Position numbers and translations under genes: made by a program. The notes beneath the pieces are model-generated. The model saw nothing but the letters and a program-made list of their open reading frames with translations, was not told the origin of the DNA and searched no databases. DNA of 64,000 nt, from the NCBI GenBank assembly GCA_964547475.1, contig CAZJNQ010000004.1:16784-80783 (forward strand), written 5' to 3'. Numbering within the stretch: the first letter of the stretch is position 1; each line of letters starts with the position of its first letter. The DNA comes from an uncultured Porphyromonadaceae bacterium (GTDB taxonomy: Bacteria > Bacteroidota > Bacteroidia > Bacteroidales > UBA12481). Below, piece by piece: positions 10,301-18,101 of the stretch.

Positions 10301-11847
10301 TGGGATTTGACTCAACCCTGCTCCGGATGTCGCAGTCTTCTTCAGACCAGTTGGAAATCAAGTCCAAAAGAACTTTTTATGACGTAGACAACAAACTCAT
10401 CCGGGCAACGGAGACCGAATTCATAGACGTTGCCGACATGAGGATCTTTCCGGCCGACAGGAATCTCATGATTCGGGAAAAGGCCGACCTCGACACCCTC
10501 CGGCAGGCTGTACTGGTCAGCCGGGATACCGGACTGATCCACCGGATAAGCGGCGCCTCCGTCAAAATAATTGACCGTTCCAACTATTTTGCACGGGGCA
10601 ATTATCAGTACCGGGACATAGCCGGCCGTGAGTTCTCCATCCATTTTTCCGACATTCATCCGGATGCCGCCGGTCATTCCCAAGGGAAGGGAACCATCGG
10701 CATGAATTCAGGATTCGCCCTGAGTCCCGCCTTCAGGTATTATGGAGAAGTGGAATGGCACAACGATAAACCGCTCCTTCTGTTTGACGGCCAGATGCAA
10801 ATCGTTCATTCCTGCAACGAGAACATCCGCCAGTGGATCCGGTTCACGGACCGGATCAATCCCGACTCCGTATCCATACCCATTGATTCCGTCACCGTCA
10901 ATGATCAGAACGAAAGGCTGTTTAAAGGATTCTACCTGTCAAACCAGCCGGTTGAGCTTTATTCCACCTTTATCGGGCCTCACCTGAGATACAGCGACCA
11001 GCCCCTGATATCTGCCTGGGGCAGGCTCTGGTACGACGAATCCCGCTCGAGGTACCTGCTTGCTTCAGGCCAAAAGAAATCGGATCCTGCGGCGGATGCT
11101 CCTCTGCTCTCTTTCGACGCAAACCGGTGCATCTGTGAAGCTGACGGGAAAACCGGCCTGGGAGTCGATCTGGGAAAGGTCAAACTGACCGGTGCGGGCC
11201 GACTTATCCACGACTTACGGCAGGATAGCGTCAGCGGGACCATGACCCTGACCCTTGATTTCTTCATGGATGACAAAATCCTGGATTACATGGCCCGGTC
11301 CATCAACAATGCTTCGAGAACTGAACCTGTCAACTATGCTGATCCCTTATTCCGCGAATCATTCAGGTATTTGCTGGGGAAAACAAAAGCCGATGAATTG
11401 CTCGGGCAATTAAGCATGATGGGACGCTGGAGGAAGGTTCCCGAAGAGCTCATGCATACCCTTGTGATGACTGATGTCCACCTGGGGTGGAATCCCGAGA
11501 CAGGTTCATACCAGTCAGCAGGCAAGATAGGCATTGCCAACATAAGGGATAAAGGTGTGAACAAAAAGGTCGATGGATATCTTGAAATCGTCCACAAGAG
11601 AAGCGGTGACACATTCAGCCTCTACCTGGAGCTTGAAAGGCAGGGTTACTTCTTCTTCACTTATTCCCGCGGGATCCTGCAGTGCATATCAGGACCCAAA
11701 TACGAGAAATTCAACACTCTTTTGCGCTCAACAAAGGAAGCCAAAAGAATTCAGGAAACACAACCATGGGAACCGGGATTCCAATATTATCCCGGACAGT
11801 ACAGGCAAGTACAGGAATTCCTGATGAGGTTTGGGGTGGAACGTTAA
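7396..11847 (+). CDS. very large secreted protein of unknown family (1483 aa)
   Basis: Uninterrupted 4.45-kb ORF. ATG 7396 gives a classical signal peptide (MKQLLRIGLMTIVVLYAGTQLAKGQ). There is no lipobox Cys and no T9SS C-terminal domain, and I recognise no motif or internal repeat. Confidence 0.8.
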   Translation: MKQLLRIGLMTIVVLYAGTQLAKGQESVRFHAEAGLFVAELRDLFGGRHADETARLIQDLESANKAGYLEENHWIDLARKVNRLDYLKARPFPDFYLMIETFVTVAGIQSRSDYINWSMNVDKLLETEDKNLGRVNTFLTFTRDFIQQGLLMESPSCTWISYPKTGAFQMDTSFSVRQENVTLVCRSGSDSTVIFSASGTFYPETGSWIGDSGLVTWERLDIPADQVQVKLRTYRIDIRRSVYTIDSVNLIDKRYFTNPLTGVLENKVQPGISRDQAGYPRFTSYELKNRIKDIYPGMDYEGGFSLQGKKVLGTGEPSQKSVLTIFYNERPLIRLASTYFVFQPEQARGINTEASIYLEADSIYHPGLLFQYNKPRNELAFIRDGQGLSPSRFFDYYHQFDLDVEMIRWNPGDSLLFMSSMVGSQENRAAFESSDFFSIGRYNEILIEDIKHPVAAVKQCADFLYSRSFTLRDLAYFMDRPEHLVEKMLLRLSFLGMVRYNVENQQIEVLQRAYDFLKKKAGSQDYDIIQFESLQEPPNPNAILNLNTNILRVFSVKQIELSKARNVILYPDRQIVDILKNREILFTGNIRGGLAYFSGYDFRFRYDDYSILMDSVSVIRFQVYEDPVKKGDPPKLADVTSLVENTSGTLFIDRPDNKSGFYAGAFPEYPMLVTDSNAYVYYDQKEILNGIYPRETFNFSIHPFTLRGLNLTTFADSLNLPGRFVTADIFPPIELILRHQKDHSLGFQTLRTPEEGYPIYKGKGRFFNLMAMSKSGLRGSGTLQYLNSTLESDDFLFLPDQVTTLANTFAVNQDTVENGNPEAVGQEMAVSWMPEKDRMVASGKDNPLSMYGKVEFDGELSLEPGSLTGKGTMRFERYSVTSDQFHFYQESYDASNAEFRIFDDSTGSGTEADSDRVGFIARQVDVAVSTREKKAGFRTVSPSSSIDFPHNQFTGQSGSFIWDMNLNLMGFDSTLLRMSQSSSDQLEIKSKRTFYDVDNKLIRATETEFIDVADMRIFPADRNLMIREKADLDTLRQAVLVSRDTGLIHRISGASVKIIDRSNYFARGNYQYRDIAGREFSIHFSDIHPDAAGHSQGKGTIGMNSGFALSPAFRYYGEVEWHNDKPLLLFDGQMQIVHSCNENIRQWIRFTDRINPDSVSIPIDSVTVNDQNERLFKGFYLSNQPVELYSTFIGPHLRYSDQPLISAWGRLWYDESRSRYLLASGQKKSDPAADAPLLSFDANRCICEADGKTGLGVDLGKVKLTGAGRLIHDLRQDSVSGTMTLTLDFFMDDKILDYMARSINNASRTEPVNYADPLFRESFRYLLGKTKADELLGQLSMMGRWRKVPEELMHTLVMTDVHLGWNPETGSYQSAGKIGIANIRDKGVNKKVDGYLEIVHKRSGDTFSLYLELERQGYFFFTYSRGILQCISGPKYEKFNTLLRSTKEAKRIQETQPWEPGFQYYPGQYRQVQEFLMRFGVER

Positions 11848-11884
11848 GGCGATCGATAAACGTTTTACGATTAACAGCCGGTTA

Positions 11885-12388
11885 TTATGGATTGGCCTTT
11901 CGCGGCAGCTCCAGGACTTCCAGATCACTGATCCGCTCTCCATTAACATTAAAGCGAACGGCCGTACGGACCTGATGGATCCCCTGAAGGCCTGCTGCAC
12001 CCGGATTTATTTGAAGCATCTGCCGGGATTCATCGTACTTGACTTTCAGAATATGGGAATGACCGCAGACAAAGACTTTTGGCTTGAAGCTATTCAAGCG
12101 TTCAGCCACTGCCTGCGTAAACCGCCCGGATTGAAATCCTATGTGGGTAATCAGCACGGATACTTCCTCAATAGTAAATTCCTGAAATAAAGGAAGTTCC
12201 CTAACGATATTCCAGCCGTCAATGTTTCCGTGAACCCCCCGGAAGATCCTGTTCTCTGCCAGGCGATCCATGATCCCTAAATCTCCCAGATCACCGGCGT
12301 GCCAAATCTCATCGCAGCCGGAAAAGAAGTTCAGGACCGGATCATCCAGGTAACCGTGGGTGTCTGATAAGAGTCCGATTCTTGTCAT
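11885..12388 (-). CDS. YfcE/MJ0936-type metallophosphoesterase
   Basis: Motifs LLSDTHGY, WHAGDLGD, HGNIDG and VCGHSH. 167 aa. Confidence 0.85.
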   Translation of the reverse strand: MTRIGLLSDTHGYLDDPVLNFFSGCDEIWHAGDLGDLGIMDRLAENRIFRGVHGNIDGWNIVRELPLFQEFTIEEVSVLITHIGFQSGRFTQAVAERLNSFKPKVFVCGHSHILKVKYDESRQMLQINPGAAGLQGIHQVRTAVRFNVNGERISDLEVLELPRKANP

Positions 12389-12416
12389 GCCGCAAAGTTA
12401 GAAAGTCTGCTTTTTG

Positions 12417-12424
12417 TACATTTG
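12417..12424 (+). promoter_or_regulatory. candidate -7 promoter box (TAnnTTTG)
   Basis: TACATTTG ends 26 nt upstream of ATG 12450, in a divergent intergenic region. Confidence 0.3.
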
Positions 12425-12449
12425 CACAACTCATTCAATTCCGATCATC

Positions 12450-12953
12450 ATGAAAAAACTATTTTCTTTTCTGGTATTGATATTCCTTGTAGCCGGTATT
12501 CAGGGCACATTCTCACAGGAAAAGAAGGAAACACCCAAGATATACGATCCACAGGCTGATGCCCGGCTGGATATCAATAATGCGGTTCAGCAGGCAAACA
12601 CCGAAAGCAAGCATGTGTTCGTCCAGGTCGGAGGCAACTGGTGTCCCTGGTGTATTCGTTTTCACGGCTATATAAATGCAGATCCCGAAATCAAAAAACT
12701 GCTGGATGACAATTATGTATATGTTCTGCTGAACTACAGCACCGAAAACCGGAACGCCGAGCTCCTGAAATCCTTTGGAAATCCCGGGCGCATGGGCTAC
12801 CCGGTATTCCTGATCCTGGACAGGCAGGGACGATTGATCCATACACAGGACTCAGGGCTCCTGGAAGAAGGCCAAAGCTATAACAAGAACAAAGTCATGA
12901 CTTTCCTCCGGAACTGGTCTCCTGAAGCACTGGACCTGACCCGAATGAAATAA
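12450..12953 (+). CDS. secreted thioredoxin-fold protein (CPWC)
   Basis: ATG 12450 gives the signal peptide MKKLFSFLVLIFLVAGIQGTFSQ. The redox motif is GGNWCPWCIRF. Confidence 0.75.
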   Translation: MKKLFSFLVLIFLVAGIQGTFSQEKKETPKIYDPQADARLDINNAVQQANTESKHVFVQVGGNWCPWCIRFHGYINADPEIKKLLDDNYVYVLLNYSTENRNAELLKSFGNPGRMGYPVFLILDRQGRLIHTQDSGLLEEGQSYNKNKVMTFLRNWSPEALDLTRMK

Positions 12954-12955
12954 TC

Positions 12956-13660
12956 ATGCATCTTTTCTATGCTCCCGGCCTGACCGATCAGCCTGAGTTC
13001 ACCCTGTCGCCAGAAGAGTCTCATCATGCCGTCAGGGTGTTGAGACTGGTTCAGGGTGATCCGGTTGTACTGGTGAACGGTTGCGGAGGCTGGTACTCAG
13101 CGGTGATTGCATATCCCGATCCCAGGAATTGCCCGGTCGAAATAACGGAAAGCAAGCAGGGAATCGGCAAGCCCGGTTACGAACTTCATGTGGCCATGGC
13201 TCCCACCCGGCAGATAGACCGGTTTGAGTGGTTCATCGAAAAAGCGACTGAAATCGGCATTACCTCCATCACTCCGATTATCTGCAGCCGGTCAGAGCGC
13301 AAGGAGGTGAAAACCGACCGGTTGATCAAAGTAGCCATCGCCGCCATGAAACAGTCGCTGACAGCCTATCATCCCGCCATTCACAGCCTGTCGTCATTCA
13401 AGCAGTTCGTGTCCCGGCCTGCCGCGGGATCCAAATGGATCGCCCATTGTAATCCCGGCAACAAGAACTGGCTGGATGAATCACTTCAAAAAGACCAGCC
13501 CTGGACGATCCTTATCGGGCCCGAGGGGGATTTCACTCCTGCAGAAGTGGAACTTGCAGGTGAGGCGGGATATCTTCCTTTAACCCTCGGAACCTCCCGC
13601 CTGAGGACTGAAACAGCGGGACTGGTTGCCGTTCAGACCGTAAATTGGCTCTACCGTTAA
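12956..13660 (+). CDS. rsmE: 16S rRNA (uracil1498-N3)-methyltransferase RsmE
   Basis: N-terminal PUA-like region (HHAVRVLRL) and C-terminal SPOUT motifs (ILIGPEGDFTPAEV, LGTSRLRTETA). 234 aa. Confidence 0.9.
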   Translation: MHLFYAPGLTDQPEFTLSPEESHHAVRVLRLVQGDPVVLVNGCGGWYSAVIAYPDPRNCPVEITESKQGIGKPGYELHVAMAPTRQIDRFEWFIEKATEIGITSITPIICSRSERKEVKTDRLIKVAIAAMKQSLTAYHPAIHSLSSFKQFVSRPAAGSKWIAHCNPGNKNWLDESLQKDQPWTILIGPEGDFTPAEVELAGEAGYLPLTLGTSRLRTETAGLVAVQTVNWLYR

Positions 13661-13734
13661 TCAAATTTTCCTTTCCGATTTAAATTCATTATCTTGTAGC
13701 AGGTTAGCTAATTATCCAATAACCTGTAAAACCT

Positions 13735-14205
13735 ATGTTGGGACGCACAAGAAACAAGCGGCAGCTTGAAATTTTCGAGGTTCCGATAGCCCGTTTTATC
13801 AATCTTAAACATGAATTGGTCATCGGAGCCGATCAGATCGACTGGGAATCTCTTGAAGATTCATTCAAGGATTTCTATTCAGATAAAGGCAGGAGATCCA
13901 TACCGCCCAGGAAAATCATCGGGATGATGCTTTTAAAGGAACGTTTTAATCTCAGTGATGAGAAAGTCCTGAAGATCTGGCCTGAAAACCCTTATTGGCA
14001 ATATTTCTGCGGAGAGATCCATTTTCAGCCAGACAAGCCTTTCTCCCTGAGTGAGTTAACCCGTTTTCGAAGGAGAATAGGCGAACCCGGGCAGGTAATC
14101 ATGAAAAGGATCAATCTGAAACACTTCGGGAACCCGGACGTCAAGACTTATGAAACCCTGAATGACCGCAGGAAGAGAAGCTTCTGGAAGAAAATCATTG
14201 GATAG
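13735..14205 (+). mobile_element. truncated IS5/IS1182-type transposase remnant (InsH N-terminal/DUF772 domain only)
   Basis: The 156-aa ORF matches the transposase N-terminal domain pattern (IDWESL, GRRSIPPRKIIGMMLLKERFNLSDEKV, NPYWQYFCG, LTRFRRRIG). It ends before any DDE catalytic region, and the next gene starts 18 nt later. Confidence 0.7.
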
Positions 14206-14223
14206 GCAGAACAAGCGATCAGG

Positions 14224-15750
14224 ATGTTCAGGAGTGGTTTTTTTATAGGATCCTGTTTATTTTGGGCATTTCTCTCTTTTTGCCCCACTCAACTCAAATC
14301 CCAGACAGCCATGCAAACAAAGAAAGAAGACCGTAAACCGGCGGTCTCAGGATCGTTTTATCCATCAGATCCTGATCAATTGAGAAAAATGGTTGCCGGC
14401 TTTCTTTCACAGGGGAAACCGGACCAGACAAAGGGAACTTTAAGAGCGCTGGTGGTTCCGCACGCCGGATATGTTTTCTCGGGTGGAGTGGCAGCCTCCG
14501 GTTATAACCAGATTGATCCAAATGCCGGATATAAGCGGATTTTTATCCTGGCTTCCTCGCATCGCATGAGCCTGGGTAAAGCATCGGTCTATACCCGCGG
14601 AGATTATCTGACTCCCTTGGGAAGAATCGAGGTTGATCAGGCTGTCTCGGAGCAACTGGCTCTAAACCGGGAATTTTTCACCGATGATCCGGCGGCTCAC
14701 ATCCAGGAACACAGCATCGAGGTACAACTCCCCTTTCTCCAGGTAAGAATGTCCAAGCCTTTCAAACTGGTGCCAATTGTTATCGGTACCCAAACCCCAT
14801 CCGTCTGCGCGGGAATAGCCGCAGCACTGAAGCCGTGGTTCACATCGGAGAATCTGTTTATCATCAGTTCGGATTTCTCTCATTATCCCCGTTATGAAGA
14901 CGCCCGGAAGGTGGATGCATTGACCGCCGGTGCTTTCTGCGCCAATTCGGCTGAACGGTTCCTCGCGGTTCTGCGGGACAATGAAAAACTCAGGATATCC
15001 AACCTTGCAACCAGCATGTGTGCTTGGCCTTCGGGTCTGGTACTGCTTTACCTGACTCAGAACAATCCAAAGCTTGTATTCAGCAAGATCGATTATAAAA
15101 ATTCAGGTGATATTCAACCCTACGGTGACAAATCAGAAGTGGTGGGATATCATGCCATTGCTGTTTCCGAGGGAATTACTACAGCCTTTTTCCTGAGCGG
15201 GAAGGACAAGGAAGATTTACTGGCCATAGCCAGAACGACCCTTGAATCTTACATCCGCAATCACCAGGTACCGGTCCTGAGTCCTGCCGGATACGGAGGA
15301 TCCCTGAAAACGAAGACCGGGGCTTTTGTCACGCTCAAGCTGAAGGGCAATCTCCGGGGATGTATCGGTTCCTTTGAGCCTGATGCGCCATTGTACAAAG
15401 TCGTACAGGAAATGGCCATTGCCTCGTCAACCCAGGACACCCGTTTCCTGCCTGTCGAGGCAAAGGAATTGGATGACATCAATATCGAAATATCCGTGTT
15501 GACACCCTTAAGGAAAATAGATGACGTCCGGGAGATCATCCTGGGTAAACACGGCATTTATTTGAAAAAAGGATACCTCGGCGGCACCTTTCTGCCCCAG
15601 GTTGCCACGGAAACCGGCTGGACACTCGAGGAGTTTCTCGGTCATTGTGCGCAGGACAAGGCCGGGATCGGCTGGACCGGCTGGAAGGATGCAGATATCT
15701 ATATATATGAAGCCATTATCTTTGAGGAGGACATCCCGAAGAAACCATGA
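14224..15750 (+). CDS. fused Memo-like (AmmeMemoRadiSam protein B) / AMMECR1-like (protein A) protein
   Basis: The N-terminal half has Memo motifs (SGSFYPSD, VVPHAGYVFSG, SSDFSHY). The C-terminal half has AMMECR1 motifs (GAFVTLKLKGNLRGCIGS, LPVEAKEL, GTFLPQV). Starting at 14224 adds a hydrophobic leader. An alternative ATG at 14311 would remove it. Confidence 0.85.
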   Translation: MFRSGFFIGSCLFWAFLSFCPTQLKSQTAMQTKKEDRKPAVSGSFYPSDPDQLRKMVAGFLSQGKPDQTKGTLRALVVPHAGYVFSGGVAASGYNQIDPNAGYKRIFILASSHRMSLGKASVYTRGDYLTPLGRIEVDQAVSEQLALNREFFTDDPAAHIQEHSIEVQLPFLQVRMSKPFKLVPIVIGTQTPSVCAGIAAALKPWFTSENLFIISSDFSHYPRYEDARKVDALTAGAFCANSAERFLAVLRDNEKLRISNLATSMCAWPSGLVLLYLTQNNPKLVFSKIDYKNSGDIQPYGDKSEVVGYHAIAVSEGITTAFFLSGKDKEDLLAIARTTLESYIRNHQVPVLSPAGYGGSLKTKTGAFVTLKLKGNLRGCIGSFEPDAPLYKVVQEMAIASSTQDTRFLPVEAKELDDINIEISVLTPLRKIDDVREIILGKHGIYLKKGYLGGTFLPQVATETGWTLEEFLGHCAQDKAGIGWTGWKDADIYIYEAIIFEEDIPKKP

Positions 15751-18101
15751 CCACCCCCTACCTCCTGATCCCGGTCCTTATTATCCTCCTAATCCTGTAT
15801 GGCATCAGTCTCTTGTTCAGCCAACTGGAGGTATACAATCGGCTTACGCACCGGAAAATCTGGAATTACTCCCTCCTGGTCACATTCCTGACAACCGGTA
15901 TTCTTGGCATCCTGATGGCTATCCAGATCAATTACAAAATCGAAGTTCCCTGGACGGAGAAGGTCCTAAAGGTGCATGTCAATTTCGGGATTGCCATGAC
16001 AATCATCGCCTTCTTTCACCTTCTCTGGCACCTCAGGTATTATCTACCGTTTAAGGCTTTTTCCGGGAAAAGCCCGCGGCCAGGAACCAGGATACAGAAA
16101 CAGGTCAACATACCCGGTTTCCTTTTACCGTTCATGGTCGGGTTTACCGCTGTTGCATTTCAAACCCTCGTTATCCGGGAGCTGCTGGGTCTTTTCTCCG
16201 GAAATGAGTTTATCCTCTCCATTATTTTCTTTTTATGGCTGACCCTGACGGGAGCCGGAGCCTTCGCCGGTACCCGCACCAACACTCCTGCTGAGGGCAC
16301 CCGGTTATCAAAAAAAACCATTTACCTGATTTTGGCTCTTGCCTCCATGCCGGTAGCGCTGATTCCGCTCCTTTATTTTCTCAAGAGCCTGTTTTTTTCT
16401 CCCGGCATAGAAGCAGGTCCCGCCGGCCTGTCAGGCTTTCTTTTCCTGATCCTTCTGCCGTTCTGCTTCCTGAATGGATTCTCATTCACTTACTCGGTCA
16501 AGCTCTTACGTCCATCCGGTATGACAGCCGGAGGGGCTTATGCCTGGGAGAGTGTCGGTTCAGCTTCCTCCGGCTTTCTCATGACCCTGGCCATACTCCT
16601 GGGAATCTTCTCAGGTTATCCAGGCAGGTGGGCTGAACGGCTCATTCATCCCAATGAGGAAATCATCCAGACCTATTCGGGGGTATCGGGCCGTCTTACT
16701 GTCACCAGGACAGGTGAACAGGTCAATATTTACGAGAACGGGGTTTTGACCCACTCTTCGGGCAATCCACTGACCAATGAGGAGCTGGTCCATTTCACCC
16801 TGTGCAGCCATCCGGACCCGCGCGACATTCTGGTCATTGGCGGAACCTGTACGGGCATCACTGCGGAGCTGATGAAATATGACTGTCACCGGGTAGATTG
16901 CATTGAACCCGATCCGCAGGTCATCCGGACTGCCAAGAAACTAAATCTTCTCGCAGAAGGGTATCCAAACATCAACTATCTCAGGATAAATCCATTTCAT
17001 CACCTCATTTCCGATACGGCAACCTATGATGTCGTGATTGTGATGTTGGCAGGACCCCAGAACCTGAACCTTAACCGGTATTATGCATCCTCCTTTTTTG
17101 CTTTGGCCAGGAAGCATCTGGGGCATTCAGGAATGGTAACCGTCATGCTTCCCGGTACGGCCAATTATGTCTCCGGCAATGCCCTGGACATGCTGGGGCC
17201 CATTTACTCAGCCGCCAGGAAATCCTTTGGACAAGTTGCCCTGTTGCCGGGGGAAAACAATTACCTGATGGCTTCCGATGAAAAATGGACCATAGACATT
17301 CTTCACACACTGCAAGAGCGAAAGATCCAAACCACCTTTATCCGGCCGGGATACTTTGATGAAAACCTGCTGATTGCCAGGAAATCTGAAATGGAACAGT
17401 TACTGAACCAGGTTTTTACTGCCAATGAAGAGTTCCGGCCCAAAGCTTTTCTGGGAATGATAAACTGGTGGATCGGGCAGTTTCCCCTTCGCTTACTGTG
17501 GATTTTCGGAGCTGCAGCCCTGTTTATCATCCTGCTGACCCTGGTCGGGAGCAAACCGGAAAGTAACGCCATGTTTTTATTGGGAGCAGGAGCTTCCGGT
17601 CTTCAGATCATTCTCCTCTTCCTGGTTCAAATAACCGCCGGCACGCTTTATCTCTTCGCCGGTTGCCTGCCGGCCATTTTCATGACAGGCCTTGCGACGG
17701 GAAGTTGGTGCTTTCTCCGGAAGAGAGTCGGTAAGATCCTGAGCTCTGATACTTTTATCTGGCTTTTGTTTTCCTTTTCCGGTCTGCTTTTGCTTGTAAT
17801 CTCGGAATGGCTGGCCCATCCGTCGGGAATGACCGGGCTCAAGACCGTTTTGATATTCCTGATTTCCTTTATTGCGGCATTCTCAAACGGAGCCGTTTTT
17901 GCCCGGCTGGCATCCCAGCCGGGAGATCATGCAAATCCAGGCAGGATCTATGCTTACGACCTTATGGGTGCCGCGTTGGGTGCCATTGTGTTCCCGCTTG
18001 CCCTGGTACCTCTGTTCGGAATCAAGCTGGCTATAGGGGTTATTTCCGCTACGGGTATTGTATCTTTGGGGTTGACAAAACTCGTGCGTAAACGTTCATG
18101 A
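15747..18101 (+). CDS. polytopic membrane protein with a central spermidine-synthase-like (class I methyltransferase fold) domain
   Basis: 784 aa with multiple TM helices on both sides of a soluble core (ILVIGGTCTGITAELMKY, VDCIEPDPQVI, YDVVIVMLAGPQN). ATGA start/stop overlaps link it to both neighbouring genes. Confidence 0.75.
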   Translation: MTTPYLLIPVLIILLILYGISLLFSQLEVYNRLTHRKIWNYSLLVTFLTTGILGILMAIQINYKIEVPWTEKVLKVHVNFGIAMTIIAFFHLLWHLRYYLPFKAFSGKSPRPGTRIQKQVNIPGFLLPFMVGFTAVAFQTLVIRELLGLFSGNEFILSIIFFLWLTLTGAGAFAGTRTNTPAEGTRLSKKTIYLILALASMPVALIPLLYFLKSLFFSPGIEAGPAGLSGFLFLILLPFCFLNGFSFTYSVKLLRPSGMTAGGAYAWESVGSASSGFLMTLAILLGIFSGYPGRWAERLIHPNEEIIQTYSGVSGRLTVTRTGEQVNIYENGVLTHSSGNPLTNEELVHFTLCSHPDPRDILVIGGTCTGITAELMKYDCHRVDCIEPDPQVIRTAKKLNLLAEGYPNINYLRINPFHHLISDTATYDVVIVMLAGPQNLNLNRYYASSFFALARKHLGHSGMVTVMLPGTANYVSGNALDMLGPIYSAARKSFGQVALLPGENNYLMASDEKWTIDILHTLQERKIQTTFIRPGYFDENLLIARKSEMEQLLNQVFTANEEFRPKAFLGMINWWIGQFPLRLLWIFGAAALFIILLTLVGSKPESNAMFLLGAGASGLQIILLFLVQITAGTLYLFAGCLPAIFMTGLATGSWCFLRKRVGKILSSDTFIWLLFSFSGLLLLVISEWLAHPSGMTGLKTVLIFLISFIAAFSNGAVFARLASQPGDHANPGRIYAYDLMGAALGAIVFPLALVPLFGIKLAIGVISATGIVSLGLTKLVRKRS

